Assembly: GCA_963842525.1 (NCBI GenBank)
Contig: CAWJGT010000009.1
Location: forward strand, 1,088,001 to 1,152,000
DNA: 64,000 nucleotides
Source of the DNA: an uncultured Holophagales bacterium
Lineage (GTDB): Bacteria > Acidobacteriota > Thermoanaerobaculia > Multivoradales > UBA5704
Direction of reading: 5' to 3'
This document shows, one piece after another, positions 12,042-22,180 of this stretch (within the stretch, counting starts at the first letter, position 1; each line of letters begins with the position of its first letter). A model generated the notes under the pieces. The model worked only from the letters and a program-made list of their open reading frames with translations, was not told the DNA's origin and did no database searches. The position numbers and the translations under genes were made by a program.

Positions 12042-12503
12042 ATGCCTGTGTTCCAGCTTAACGTAAACGGCAGGCAGCACACGGTCAACGTTGACGGCAA
12101 CATGCCCCTGCTCTGGGTCCTGCGCGACATCCTGGGGCTCACGGGGACCAAGTTCGGCTGCGGCGTTGCGCAGTGCGGCGCTTGCACCGTCCACCTCAAC
12201 GGCCGGGCCGTGCGCTCCTGCGCCGTCGACGTTGGCGTGGCCTGCCTCTCCGAGATCACCACGATCGAGGGCCTGTCGCCCGACGGCAGCCACCCGTGCC
12301 AAAAGGCGTGGGTCGAGCTCGGCGTGCCGCAGTGCGGTTTCTGCCAGCCGGGCCAGATCATGACCGCCGCGGCGCTCATCGCGCACAATCAGAACCCCAC
12401 CGACGAAGACATCGACAACGCGATGCGCGGCAACATCTGCCGCTGCGGCACCTATCCACGGATCCGGGAAGCGATCCACAAGGCCGCCGGGAGCACGTCA
12501 TGA
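12042..12503 (+). CDS. (2Fe-2S)-binding subunit, IorA/CoxS family
   Basis: [32 protein letters not shown]. Confidence 0.95.
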   Translation: MPVFQLNVNGRQHTVNVDGNMPLLWVLRDILGLTGTKFGCGVAQCGACTVHLNGRAVRSCAVDVGVACLSEITTIEGLSPDGSHPCQKAWVELGVPQCGFCQPGQIMTAAALIAHNQNPTDEDIDNAMRGNICRCGTYPRIREAIHKAAGSTS

Positions 12504-15124
12504 GCACGACCTACAGAGTCACCCGCCGCGATTTTCTTCGTGCTGCCGGCGTGGGAACCGGAGCGCTGGTGTTCGGCTCCTACCTCACACCATCGCTCCA
12601 GGCCCAGGGCCTCATTCACAACCTGATCAACGGGTTCCCGGTGGAGGACGTCCCGGTGGTCATCCTCAAGGTGAACGGCGACGTCGTCATCATCACCCAC
12701 CGATCGGAGATGGGGCAGGGCATCCGCTCCAGCCTCGCGGCGGTACTGGTCGATGAGATGGAAGCCGACTGGAACCGGGTCACGCTGCGCCAGGCGGACG
12801 CCGACGCTTACAAGTATGCGGTCGCCTTCCCGGCCGAGGTAGCGGACACCGTCACGCTCCCATGGCCCTACCAAGACATTCCCAAAACGAGAAAACCGAA
12901 GGTGCAGTACCTCGTCGCCCCCGAGGGATCCCAGTTCACCGACAGCTCGCGGAGCATGACCGCGTACTTCCAGGTGATGCGGCTCTTCGGCGCCGGCATC
13001 AAGCTGGCGATGATTCGCTCGGCGGCGAAGAAATGGGGGGTCAAGGAAGAGGAGTGCCGCGCGGAGAAGCACCGGGTATACGGCCCCAACGGCAGCTCCG
13101 TCGACTACCGCCGGCTGCTGCTGCGCGCCAAGAAAGAGAAACCGACGTATGGAGACATCAACAAGGCGCTCAAGAAGCCCGGGGACTGGCGTTACATCGG
13201 CAAAGGGAAAGAGCCGATGCCGTTCTACGACGCAGTCGACATGGTGCGCGGCAAGACGGAATTCGGCGCCGACGTCGATATCCCCGGCATGCTGACGGCC
13301 ATGATCGAGCGCTGCCCGGTCGCCAACGGGGCGCTCCTCACCTACGACCCCGCCCCGGCGCTTGCCGTGGAGGGCGTCCGCTACGTCGTGCCGATCTTCC
13401 CTCCGGGAGTCCGGGGGGGTGGCGTGGGCAGAGGCTTCACACCGCACGCCGGTGTCGCCGTGGTGGCGGCGAACACCTGGGCGGCGTTGCAGGGCCGCAG
13501 GGCGCTCAGACCGACCATCACATGGGATCTCGGTCCCCACGCGGCCTACGACTCGGACGCGTATCGCAAGGAGCTCGAAGGGTCGACCGCAAAGGCGGGG
13601 AAGGTTGTGCGCAAATTGAAGGACGTCGACGATGCCTTCGCGCAGGCCGCCGGCGCCGTGGAAGCCAGCTACTACGTTCCGCACCTGGCCCAGGCCCCGA
13701 TGGAGCCGCCCGTGGCCGTAGCCGTTTTCCAGAACGGACGCATGGAGGTCTGGGCACCCACGCAGAATCCCGACGGCGCGCAGCAGGTGGCCGGACAGGT
13801 CGCGCTCGACCTCTCTGATGACCAGATGACTGAGGAGGAGTTCAAAGACAAGGCGCGGGCAGCCGCGACGGTGCACGTGACGATGCTGGGCGGCGGCTTC
13901 GGGCGCAAGTCGAAGCCTGACTACATCGGGGAAGCGGCCATTCTCGCCAAGCACAATCCCGGCGTGCCGATCCGAGTGCAGTGGACGCGCGAGGACGACA
14001 TCAAATTCAGCTACTACAACGCGGCCAGCAGTCAATACCTGAAGGCGTCGCTCGGCGCGGACAACCTTCCCACCGCACTGCTGCAGCGCAGCGCGCTCAC
14101 CTCGTTCTTCGGGACGCTCGTTCCGAACTATTCGACGCCGGGGTTGACCGAGCCCCAACTCGAGGCATATGCGAAAGCACGCCTCGCGTTATTCGGCGGC
14201 GGCGAATACCCGTATGCCTCGGGCATCGAGCGCGCGCAGGGGCTGGAGGACATGCCGTACGACGTGCCGAACATCCGCCTCGAGAACTGCCGGGCCGAGA
14301 ACCACATCCGCGTCGGCTGGATGCGGTCGGTGGCCAACATCTACCACGCCTTCGCCATCAATTCCTTCGCCGACGAGCTGGCGATCGCCGCCGGACGCGA
14401 TCCCAAGGACTATCTTCTCGAGCTGATTGGGAAGGAGGATCGCATCCTCGACGAGGAAACGCTGAGCGCCCAGTCGGTCGAGCGCTTCCGCAACAACGAG
14501 CTTCCCCTGAAGATGATCGAGGTGCCGGTCGAGGGTGGGCAAGTGAACCAGGTGGTTCCCGGCTACCCGCCTCAAACGTCACGGCTGCGCGCAGTGATCA
14601 ACCAGGTGGCGGAGGAGTCGGGCTGGAAGGACAAGGCCGCACAGTACAAGGACATGAAGGGCCGCGGCCTCGGCTTCGCCGCCCACCGCAGCTTCCTCAG
14701 CTACGTGGCCGTCGTGATCGACGTCTCGCTCAACGACGAGAACGAGCTGACCATCCATGACGTCTACGGCACGATCCACTGCGGGCTGGCCGTCAACCGC
14801 GACCGCGTCCTGGCCCAGATGGAGGGGGGGATCGTCTACGGCCTGAGCTACGCCCTTCTCGGCGAGATCACGGTGAAGAACGGAGCGGTCGTAGAGAACA
14901 ACTTCGATGACTACCCCGTGCTGCGCATCAACCAGACGCCCAGGATCCACGTCAGCATCGTGGACAGCGACGACCCGCCGACCGGCGTCGGCGAGCCGCC
15001 GACACCCGCGGTGGCGCCGGCCCTGGCCAACGCGATCGTCGCCGCGGGCGGACCGCGCATCCGCGAAATCCCATTTTGCTGGCGGAAGGGGGATCCGCTT
15101 GGGACGAAAGTCGTGGTTCTTTGA
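12500..15124 (+). CDS. Tat-exported molybdopterin-binding subunit, isoquinoline 1-oxidoreductase beta (IorB/OxiB)-like
   Basis: TRRDFLR twin-arginine signal, [29 protein letters not shown]. Confidence 0.92.
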   Translation: MSTTYRVTRRDFLRAAGVGTGALVFGSYLTPSLQAQGLIHNLINGFPVEDVPVVILKVNGDVVIITHRSEMGQGIRSSLAAVLVDEMEADWNRVTLRQADADAYKYAVAFPAEVADTVTLPWPYQDIPKTRKPKVQYLVAPEGSQFTDSSRSMTAYFQVMRLFGAGIKLAMIRSAAKKWGVKEEECRAEKHRVYGPNGSSVDYRRLLLRAKKEKPTYGDINKALKKPGDWRYIGKGKEPMPFYDAVDMVRGKTEFGADVDIPGMLTAMIERCPVANGALLTYDPAPALAVEGVRYVVPIFPPGVRGGGVGRGFTPHAGVAVVAANTWAALQGRRALRPTITWDLGPHAAYDSDAYRKELEGSTAKAGKVVRKLKDVDDAFAQAAGAVEASYYVPHLAQAPMEPPVAVAVFQNGRMEVWAPTQNPDGAQQVAGQVALDLSDDQMTEEEFKDKARAAATVHVTMLGGGFGRKSKPDYIGEAAILAKHNPGVPIRVQWTREDDIKFSYYNAASSQYLKASLGADNLPTALLQRSALTSFFGTLVPNYSTPGLTEPQLEAYAKARLALFGGGEYPYASGIERAQGLEDMPYDVPNIRLENCRAENHIRVGWMRSVANIYHAFAINSFADELAIAAGRDPKDYLLELIGKEDRILDEETLSAQSVERFRNNELPLKMIEVPVEGGQVNQVVPGYPPQTSRLRAVINQVAEESGWKDKAAQYKDMKGRGLGFAAHRSFLSYVAVVIDVSLNDENELTIHDVYGTIHCGLAVNRDRVLAQMEGGIVYGLSYALLGEITVKNGAVVENNFDDYPVLRINQTPRIHVSIVDSDDPPTGVGEPPTPAVAPALANAIVAAGGPRIREIPFCWRKGDPLGTKVVVL

Positions 15125-15142
15125 GCCTTGCGAGGAGGTCAC

Positions 15143-16207
15143 ATGACCGAAGAGGCCCTCGGTATTCAGGGTTTCACCGCCGAGGATCAGCGCGTCGTCT
15201 CCAGCTCGCGCTTCAGCGTCGTGCGCGACGCCATCTTTGCAAACCCATATCAGAAAGTATGGGGAGCGCAAGGCAATGCGCCCTTCGAGCGTTTCCCGGT
15301 CACGTTCATGCCGTTGATCAAAGGCATGCTGCCCGGTGGCGGGAGGTGGCAGTTCCTCGCGGCGGCCAAGCGCATCCTCGCCTCCGATTCCGATCTTCGC
15401 TGGGGTCCGGACGGCAAGGGTTACCGCCGCCTCCTCCATGCCAACGGAATCTGCATGACGGGCCTGTGGGAGGTCACAGAGGACACGCTGTACACCGGCT
15501 ATTTCCGCAAGGGGAGCCGCGGCCTGATCATCGTCCGCTATTCCACCTGCTGCACCGAAACTCGCCGCGGCAACACGCGGTCGCTGTCGATGATCGGCCG
15601 CATCTATCCGACCACCGACCCGGACCATCCCGAGCCTCTGCCGACCGCGAGCTTCATCACCCAGGAAGACATCGGCGGCGAGGACACGCCGAACATCAAC
15701 GATGCGAAGCTGCGCAACGCGCCGAACACCACCGCCACCCGCCGTGGCAGCGGCATGCCGATCCTCCTCCTGACCGGGCTCGTGCTCAACATCGCCGAGA
15801 AAAAGCCGACCATCCGGCAGGTCTACCAGATCGCCGAGCTCGGGAAACCGCCCGTCGAGCCGACGCGCGCCCCCGAGTTCATGCAGCTCACCGTTGCCCT
15901 GGGCCAGCCCGTCATCCCCGGCAACGACCTCGACTTCCGCGATGAGATCATGGCCCACATCTACGACCCCGGCGACCCTACACCGAAACGCAAGCTCGTC
16001 TTCGACGTCGAGACCTCCGACACCGGCACCACCCACGGCCTCCCGATCAGAGAACGCCGCAACATCACCAATTGGAAGAAGATCGGAACCATCACCTTCG
16101 ACGCCGCGGTAGTCTCGTTCAACGGAGACCACGTGTTTCATGTGAACCATCCGGCGTGGCGGGAGGATCGGAACGACCCGCGGACGGTGGTGAGGTCGAA
16201 GGTTTGA
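15143..16207 (+). CDS. Catalase-superfamily-like hypothetical protein
   Basis: RRLLHANGICMTG...YTGYF...IVRYS resembles the catalase distal-His and RxS elements; SD GGAGG. Confidence 0.55.
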   Translation: MTEEALGIQGFTAEDQRVVSSSRFSVVRDAIFANPYQKVWGAQGNAPFERFPVTFMPLIKGMLPGGGRWQFLAAAKRILASDSDLRWGPDGKGYRRLLHANGICMTGLWEVTEDTLYTGYFRKGSRGLIIVRYSTCCTETRRGNTRSLSMIGRIYPTTDPDHPEPLPTASFITQEDIGGEDTPNINDAKLRNAPNTTATRRGSGMPILLLTGLVLNIAEKKPTIRQVYQIAELGKPPVEPTRAPEFMQLTVALGQPVIPGNDLDFRDEIMAHIYDPGDPTPKRKLVFDVETSDTGTTHGLPIRERRNITNWKKIGTITFDAAVVSFNGDHVFHVNHPAWREDRNDPRTVVRSKV

Positions 16208-16254
16208 TAACAGGCGGATCGGACCGTCAATGTACTCTGCGGATCTCTTCCACG

Positions 16255-16345
16255 CCGGGAGGGCGAGAAAACCGTCGTAGCCCGTGTCGATAGCAGCCTC
16301 GACAAATAAGGCCTGCCCGGCCGGGCCGATCACCTGGATCTGCGG
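16255..16345 (-). pseudogene. Fragment of a clan AA aspartic protease gene
   Basis: IQVIGPAGQALFVEAAIDTGYDGFLALP contains the DTG motif; no proper start or end. Confidence 0.5.
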
Positions 16346-16710
16346 CGGAGGCCCAGGTGCTTGCCGAGCAGGGTCGCCTGGCCGCTCGCATCGATCAGGA
16401 AACGGGCGGAGACGTCGCCTTCGTCCGTGGCCATCTCGACCCGCCCATCCTCCGGCCATGAGCCTCGATTCAAACCTCTACGACGCCCTCGCCATCGGCG
16501 GCGGCCCGGCTGGCTCGACTGCCGCTCTGGTGATGGCCCGCGCCGGGCTGCGGGTGCGGCTCCTGGGGCGCACACGGTTCCCACGCTTCCACATCGGCGA
16601 ATCGCTGCTGCCGCGCAACTTCGCGCTCTTCCGCTCCCCACGATGAACTCGGCCCCCTTCTTGTCCACTTTGGGAACGTCCGCGAGCGCATCCAGGAGAC
16701 CGAGCTCGCG
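16344..16710. pseudogene. Scrambled fragments of a flavin-dependent halogenase-like oxidoreductase
   Basis: + strand 16458-16634: IGGGPAGS...FPRFHIGESLLP. - strand 16710-16636: RELGLLD...KKGAEF. - strand 16455-16344: ARFLIDASGQATLLGKHL. Confidence 0.7.
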
Positions 16711-16781
16711 GGGCATTCTAACTTGCCGATCGGCTCTTGAAACTGCACCGAGCCGAGCGTATCGTTGGCTCCAGGGCCGGC

Positions 16782-17873
16782 ATGAACCACTGGAAAGAGA
16801 CCGCCGAAATCCTCTCGCGGCTCGCCGAGCTGACGGCGGCAGGGCGGCGGGCCGCGCTCGCGACCGTCGTGCGCATCGTCGGCTCGGGCTACCGCCGGCC
16901 CGGCGCCAAGTTCCTCATCGAAGAGACTGGTGCCACCCTGGGCAGCGTCAGCGGCGGCTGTCTGGAGGCCGATGTGCGCGAGGTGGCCAAGGCCGTCCTG
17001 GAGACGGGGACGCCGAGCCTGCGGCACTACAGCACCGGTGCCGACGAGGATGTCGTCTGGGGCCTCGGGCTGGGCTGCAACGGGCTGGTCGACGTCTTCA
17101 TCCAGCCGGCCACCGAGGGGCCGTTGGCCGATCTGGCCGCATCTCTCCGCGAGCTACTGGCCGGCGATGCACCCTTCGCTCTCCTGACCGTGGTGGACGG
17201 AGAGGGTCTGGGAGCCACGCTAGTGCTGGGCTCGGAGGGGACGGTCCACTGCTCGCTGGGGTCGGCGGAGCTCGACCGGCTCGCGGCGGAGCAGGCGCAC
17301 TCCCTGTTGCCGGGCGGCCGTTCGATTGTGCACAAGGTGGACGGCCGCGGGGTCTTCATCGAGGTACTGCCGCCGCCGCCCCATCTGGTCGTCTGCGGCG
17401 CCGGGGATGACGCCCGGCCGCTCGTGGCCTACGCGGCGGACGCCGGTTTCCGCGTCACCGTCGTGGACCACCGCCCGGCGCTGCTGGAGCCGGCCTGGTT
17501 CCCGCAGGCCGCGCAACGGCTGCTGGCGCGGCCTGAAGATCCGGGAATCGTCCTGCCTCCCGCAGAGCGGTCGCTCGCCGTGGTGAAGACCCACTCGCTG
17601 GCCCACGACCGCGAATGGGCGCGACGGTTGCTCGCGGCGGGCCTGCCCTATATCGGTATGCTGGGACCGCGGGACCGGACGGAGACCATCCTGCGCGAGA
17701 TCGGAGCGGGCCCCGCGGAAACCGAGCGGGTCTTCGGCCCGGTGGGCCTGGACCTCGGCGCCGACGGTCCGCGGCAGGTGGCGCTCTCGATCGTCGCCGA
17801 GCTCCTCGCCTTCATCGCCCAGCGCGAGCCGCGCCACCTCAGCGAGCGCAAGGAGGCCATTCATGCCACCTGA
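16782..17873 (+). CDS. xdhC: XdhC/CoxI family Moco insertion chaperone
   Basis: GSGYRRPGA, GSVSGGCLE, GLGCNG, YIGMLGP, PVGLDLG. Confidence 0.92.
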   Translation: MNHWKETAEILSRLAELTAAGRRAALATVVRIVGSGYRRPGAKFLIEETGATLGSVSGGCLEADVREVAKAVLETGTPSLRHYSTGADEDVVWGLGLGCNGLVDVFIQPATEGPLADLAASLRELLAGDAPFALLTVVDGEGLGATLVLGSEGTVHCSLGSAELDRLAAEQAHSLLPGGRSIVHKVDGRGVFIEVLPPPPHLVVCGAGDDARPLVAYAADAGFRVTVVDHRPALLEPAWFPQAAQRLLARPEDPGIVLPPAERSLAVVKTHSLAHDREWARRLLAAGLPYIGMLGPRDRTETILREIGAGPAETERVFGPVGLDLGADGPRQVALSIVAELLAFIAQREPRHLSERKEAIHAT

Positions 17874-18109
17874 GCTGTCGCAGGCCGGCGGAGCTTCACG
17901 GAAGTGCGGGAGGACCGGTAGGATCTCGCCCCACGCAGGATTCCGCTGGGAGCGCCGGCATCCCTGCCGGCCGGCAATCTGACTCAGTAGAACTACGCAG
18001 CAAGCCATTGCTGAATAACAGCGAGCGGACGGGTTGAAACCCCGGCAGGCAGAGGGTATCTTCCTCACTGCTGAGGACCCTTCACCTCAGCGAACAAGGG
18101 AGGCTATCC

Positions 18110-18712
18110 ATGCCGCATGACCGCTCCGGAGCCGTTGCCGGAATCCTTCTCGCCGCCGGCACCTCAAGCCGCATGGGAAGCAACAAGATGCTTTTCGAGC
18201 TGAACGGCGAGAGCGTCCTGCGCGGGGCGGCGCGGCGGGCGCTGGCCGGCGGCGTCTCGCCTCTCCTGGTCGTGCTCGGCCATGAGCCGGACAAGGCCAA
18301 CCGGGAGCTCGACGGCCTGCCTTGCCAGTGGGTGCTCAATCCGCTCTATGCACAAGGGATCAACTCATCGCTCAAAAGCGGCGTGATGGCGGTGCCGGCC
18401 GAGGCGCAGGCGGCCCTGGTCATGCTGGCCGATATGCCCTTCGTGACCGCGGAGATGCTCGCCGGGCTGATCGCGCGCTACCGGTCGAGCGAAGCGCCGC
18501 TCGTCATCTCGGACTACGAAGGGGTCAACGCGCCTCCCATGCTGTACGACCGGAGCCTCTTCGGCGAGCTGCTGGCGATGACGGGAGAAGGCTGCGGCCG
18601 GCAGGTGGTGAAGCGGCATCGGGACGAGGCCGAGGTTCTGCCGTGGCCTGCGGCGGCCCTCGCCGATCTCGACGTGCCGGAGGATTACGAGCGGATGGTG
18701 CGCCAGTCTTGA
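18110..18712 (+). CDS. mocA: Molybdenum cofactor cytidylyltransferase-like nucleotidyltransferase
   Basis: LAAGTSSRMGSNK, LADMP, DLDVPEDY; Mo-hydroxylase context. Confidence 0.85.
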   Translation: MPHDRSGAVAGILLAAGTSSRMGSNKMLFELNGESVLRGAARRALAGGVSPLLVVLGHEPDKANRELDGLPCQWVLNPLYAQGINSSLKSGVMAVPAEAQAALVMLADMPFVTAEMLAGLIARYRSSEAPLVISDYEGVNAPPMLYDRSLFGELLAMTGEGCGRQVVKRHRDEAEVLPWPAAALADLDVPEDYERMVRQS

Positions 18713-19113
18713 ACCTGGAGCTCTTCGAAGGGCTCGAAGTGGGCGCGATTCGAGGTCACCAAGACCAGGTTGTTGACCTTGGCGATTGCAGCAATCTGTC
18801 CATCAATGAAAGCAGGTGTCTTTCCCAGCGCAGTCAGCCTGGCTCTTTCAGCAGCATGCCACTCTGCAGCCGCCTGATCGTACGGAAGGATGGGAATGCT
18901 GGCGCGGACGGTGCGAAAGAGATAGCTCTCGATGGCTTGGCGTTTTCGCGAAGGCGGCAGCCGCTCGCAACCGAATAAGAGCTCGTGCCAGGCCGGTGCA
19001 GCGGTCGCCATTTCTCCTCGATGCTCGCGCAATCCTGACAGTACTCCGAAGTGAGGAGCCGGGCGAACGGGCTCCGACAGCACGTTCGTATCCAGGAGGA
19101 AGCGGATCGTCAC
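18685..19113 (-). CDS. vapC: PIN-domain toxin (VapC)
   Basis: LLDTNVLSE, DGQIAAIA, LVTSN. Confidence 0.92.
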   Translation of the reverse strand: MTIRFLLDTNVLSEPVRPAPHFGVLSGLREHRGEMATAAPAWHELLFGCERLPPSRKRQAIESYLFRTVRASIPILPYDQAAAEWHAAERARLTALGKTPAFIDGQIAAIAKVNNLVLVTSNRAHFEPFEELQVQDWRTIRS

Positions 19114-19391
19114 CAGGAGAACTCCCGGCCGGGAGATGAATCTCGGACATCGCCGAAGATCTCATCGGGATCGATCCCGAGCTCGGCGAAGTCGAACTCT
19201 CGCCGGACCTCCTCGTAGGCCTCCCAAAAGTCGCGCCGGCCTTCAGCCAGCCGCTCGTAGTCCTCGATCCCGATGAGCACCGCGACCGGCTTGCCCCGCC
19301 GGGTCAGCTCTACGCGAGTCCCCCCCTCCGCCTCATGGACCACACCTGGCAGGTTGTCTCTGGCTTCGGCGATCGAGTACTTCTTGGTCAT
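19110..19391 (-). CDS. Phd/YefM family antitoxin
   Basis: SIAEARDNL...LTRRGKPVAVLIG; overlaps the vapC start. Confidence 0.92.
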   Translation of the reverse strand: MTKKYSIAEARDNLPGVVHEAEGGTRVELTRRGKPVAVLIGIEDYERLAEGRRDFWEAYEEVRREFDFAELGIDPDEIFGDVRDSSPGREFSW

Positions 19392-19588
19392 GTCTACCTC
19401 CGGATAGCCATCTCGCTGTACATCTTAGCTCCGGATGGGAGTTGGAGCAAGAGGAGGGCACGTCACCGTCCGCGGCGCGATCACGGCTACGCCAGAATCT
19501 CCTGTTCCTGCATGTGGGTAAGATGCACGAGGGTGCCGGCGGTATCGTGGATTTCGGCGTCCTTCTCCTCTTCGAGTAGAATCGATCC

Positions 19589-19807
19589 ATGGCGACGCGA
19601 GAGGATCTGGCGGCCGAACGCTTCAGGACTACGTTGGATCTCTTCGAGCTCGGGGAAGCGATGCTGCGGCAGAAGCTGCGGAGGAAGTTCCCGCAGGCGA
19701 GCGAGGCTGAGATCGACATTCAGGTCCAAGCATGGCTCGAGCGGCGTCCCGGCGCGGAGCACGGAGACGCTGTCGGACGCCCGGCTACCTGGCCTCGCCG
19801 TCCATGA
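19589..19807 (+). CDS. Small hypothetical protein, probable antitoxin partner of a nucleotidyltransferase
   Basis: 72-aa helical ORF with ATGA coupling to the NTase remnant. Confidence 0.6.
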   Translation: MATREDLAAERFRTTLDLFELGEAMLRQKLRRKFPQASEAEIDIQVQAWLERRPGAEHGDAVGRPATWPRRP

Positions 19808-19972
19808 ATCCCATCGAAACCGCGCTCCGCCGGATTGCAGAAGACCTCCGAGGCACCGGGAGGTCGTGGGCCCTGATCGGGGGGCTGGCAGTTAGCGCGC
19901 GTGCGGAGCCCCGAACCACACGCGACGTGGGCTACAAAGTCATAGCTGTCCTGGAGCAAGAGGCCACAGGCA
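19804..19972 (+). pseudogene. Truncated nucleotidyltransferase (TA toxin type)
   Basis: WALIGGLAVSARAEPRTTRDV breaks at the DxD motif, then jumps to GYKVIAVLEQ and loses similarity. Confidence 0.65.
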
Positions 19973-20025
19973 AATCGCGATCAGGAAGAAAGAACCGCGG
20001 CGCCGTCACGGTCAATGTGAAGAGG

Positions 20026-20892
20026 CTACGCCACAGCCTGCTGTTCCCGCATGCGGGCGAGGCGCACGAGGGTACCGTAGGCAGCATTACGAACGTTGGA
20101 ATCCTCGTCGTTGCGCAGGACGTGAAGGAGCTTGTCGTAAACCCGTTCATGAAAGAAGACGGGTTCGAGCTTCCCGAGTACAAGGGCGGCTACAACGCCG
20201 CTTGTCTCACTCCTTCATCATCATCTCCTAGTCGTTCCAACGTCGACTTGCGGACCTCCGCCATAGTCTCCACCAGATCGTGCAGAGCGATGAGGGCAGC
20301 ACCACGGACGTAAGATTCCCGACTCGACAACAGGTTCAGCCAGAATTCAGCCCATCTCTTCCCTCGCCTGCTTTCCGAAAACGAAGCGCATCCTTGAAGA
20401 AGATCATTTGACTCGAGCGTCTCCTGAGAGATGAATACCGCCTGGAGAGTTTCGGGAGACGCAGGGCCGCCTTCTGCCAGCCCTTGACAAGGTACTTGCC
20501 GGATCCACCAATCAGTGGCTCTCACTTGATCCACAGATAATTGATAAATGTCCGGAATCTCGGCATAGCCGGCCATGCGGAATTCGTGAGCCAGAGTAGT
20601 GAGATCCGGTACATGATCCGGCCGGGGGTCGAGAAGCTGGGCGAGCTCGAAGGCGGCCCTCTTCGCGGGTGAAGAAGGCTTCGAGCAGAGAGCCGTAGTG
20701 CTCCCAATCCTCGTCCAGGTTTCTCAGCTCCTGGCCTTCCAGGGCCTCGGCAAGGGCTGCGGCGATCGCCGCTTCCAGGGCCTTCTTGGCATCGCTCTGG
20801 CTGAGCCGCTTCCGGACGATCCCGGCCGAAGCCCTGACGAGGCTCGTGACGAGACTGGCAGCGATCTTTTCGGTCAGGCCGGGCAATGGCAT
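20026..20892 (-). pseudogene. Decayed HEAT-repeat protein (helical N-terminus fused to a HEAT tail)
   Basis: Three frames join: MPLPGLTEKIAASL..., then SYVRGAALIAL...DDDEGVRQAA, then AALVLGKL...DEDSNVRNAAYGTLVRL. Confidence 0.55.
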
Positions 20893-21136
20893 CAGTTGTA
20901 CGTAAACTATCACGGGCCGGTATCGGACCACTGCGATCTGGCTCGAACCCACCCCGCCCGGTTACGGGCTCACCAAGTCCGGAATCGGCGCCGGCCGCTC
21001 CGAGCTTCGCGCCTCTTCCCGCTGCGGCGTGGAACACTCGCGCTGAATTCGGCGGCTCTCTGCTTGGAAGCTCTATCGCACCTGCGGAGAATAGCTATAC
21101 TGCCGCTTCCTCGGAGGCTACAACCATCGTGGCGTG

Positions 21137-21374
21137 CATCACTGCTGCCATGGTCCGCATCACTCCTGGTGTGATGCGCGATAGTCTGTGCTTGGCCCGA
21201 GTTACTCCGAGGATGGTCCACATCACTCCGAGGGTGGTCCGCATCACTCCTGCCATGGTCCGCATTACTCCTTTTGTGCTTGGACACACTCCGAGCGTGG
21301 CCGGAGTATCTCGGGCCCCGGCAGGGGTAATGTGGCCCGGACGCGGCTTGATGCAGACCACAACAGGAGTGATG
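21137..21374. repeat. Degenerate 21-bp-period array, core CATCACTCC / GGAGTGATG
   Basis: Cores at 21137, 21158, 21200, 21221, 21242, 21263, 21284; inverted cores at 21303, 21324, 21345, 21366. Confidence 0.8.
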
Positions 21375-21392
21375 CACGCCAGGATGGAGCTG

Positions 21393-21845
21393 TCATCCGG
21401 GCTCAGGTGTGTGCTGCGCGCCGGTCTTGCGGTAGACCGTGGGTTTCTGGCCCTCCCCCACAGACTCGACGCCGGCGCTTCCTTTCTGGACCAGCTCCTG
21501 GAGAATCCGGTAGAGGGAACCGCGGTCCGGCTCATAGCCGAGGGCGCTGCAGACGTCGCGGCGCGTGAACGTCTCGGGGAGACGGGGCAGCGCCGCGCGG
21601 ACGTCGACCTCCAGGTCTGCGATGGTCCGGCGCCGGGGCTTGCTCGGAGGCGGCGCTGCCTCCTGTTTCGCCGCGGGCTTCGGGGAGACGAGGGACCCCA
21701 GCCCTCCGCCGATTTCGGCCTGGAGCATCCACACCAGCTCCAGGGCCCGGATCTGGGCCTTGTAGGCGGTTTCGAGCAGTTGGATTCCGGCGCGGAGCTG
21801 CTCCTCAAGCCGTTGTTTGTGCTGTTCGTATTGATTGTGTGTCAT
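21393..21845 (-). CDS. Hypothetical protein: N-terminal coiled coil plus C-terminal wHTH-like domain
   Basis: MTHNQYEQHKQRLEEQLRAG...; FTRRDVCSALGYEPDRGSLYRILQELVQKG...PTVYRK. Confidence 0.7.
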   Translation of the reverse strand: MTHNQYEQHKQRLEEQLRAGIQLLETAYKAQIRALELVWMLQAEIGGGLGSLVSPKPAAKQEAAPPPSKPRRRTIADLEVDVRAALPRLPETFTRRDVCSALGYEPDRGSLYRILQELVQKGSAGVESVGEGQKPTVYRKTGAQHTPEPG

Positions 21846-21904
21846 GGTGTGCACAATCACAGCACAATTCGGAGAGGCTGGCAAGAGCGTGGTGGCGTGG
21901 GCGG

Positions 21905-22061
21905 AACCTCACCCCCTGTCCCCCCTCTCCCATCTCCCACCCTTCCATCCCCGGGAGAGGGGGGACGTTGTTGATGCCTTTGTAGCGAGCTCCCGAATGC
22001 GTCCCCCCTCTCCCGGCGGGGGGTGGAGGGGAGATGGGAGAGGGGGGCAGGGGGTGAGGTT
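21905..22061. repeat. Long palindromic (REP/MITE-like) element, copy 1
   Basis: Terminal inverted repeats AACCTCACCCCCTG...CTCTCCCATCTCCC and GGGAGATGGGAGAG...CAGGGGGTGAGGTT, with nested hairpins. Confidence 0.8.
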
Positions 22062-22180
22062 TTTTCCCGGCCGTCACGGACTTTGATGGAGCCCTGATGA
22101 TAGCCTGCCGTGGCCTTCCGCCGTGAGGCCGAAGGGAGTACGATGTGCCTCTCTTGTAGCGGAAAGGGAATCCCCAATCC

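Noticed and set aside
17874-18109. Moco riboswitch upstream of mocA
   Set aside because: Only a short hairpin (GCTGAGG/CCTCAGC) is visible; the consensus cannot be verified without a covariance search.
20886-21974. Heptad-repeat ORFs across the 21-kb array (e.g. MVRITPG repeats)
   Set aside because: Several frames are open, none has a convincing start, and the repeat core inverts midway; better explained at the DNA level.
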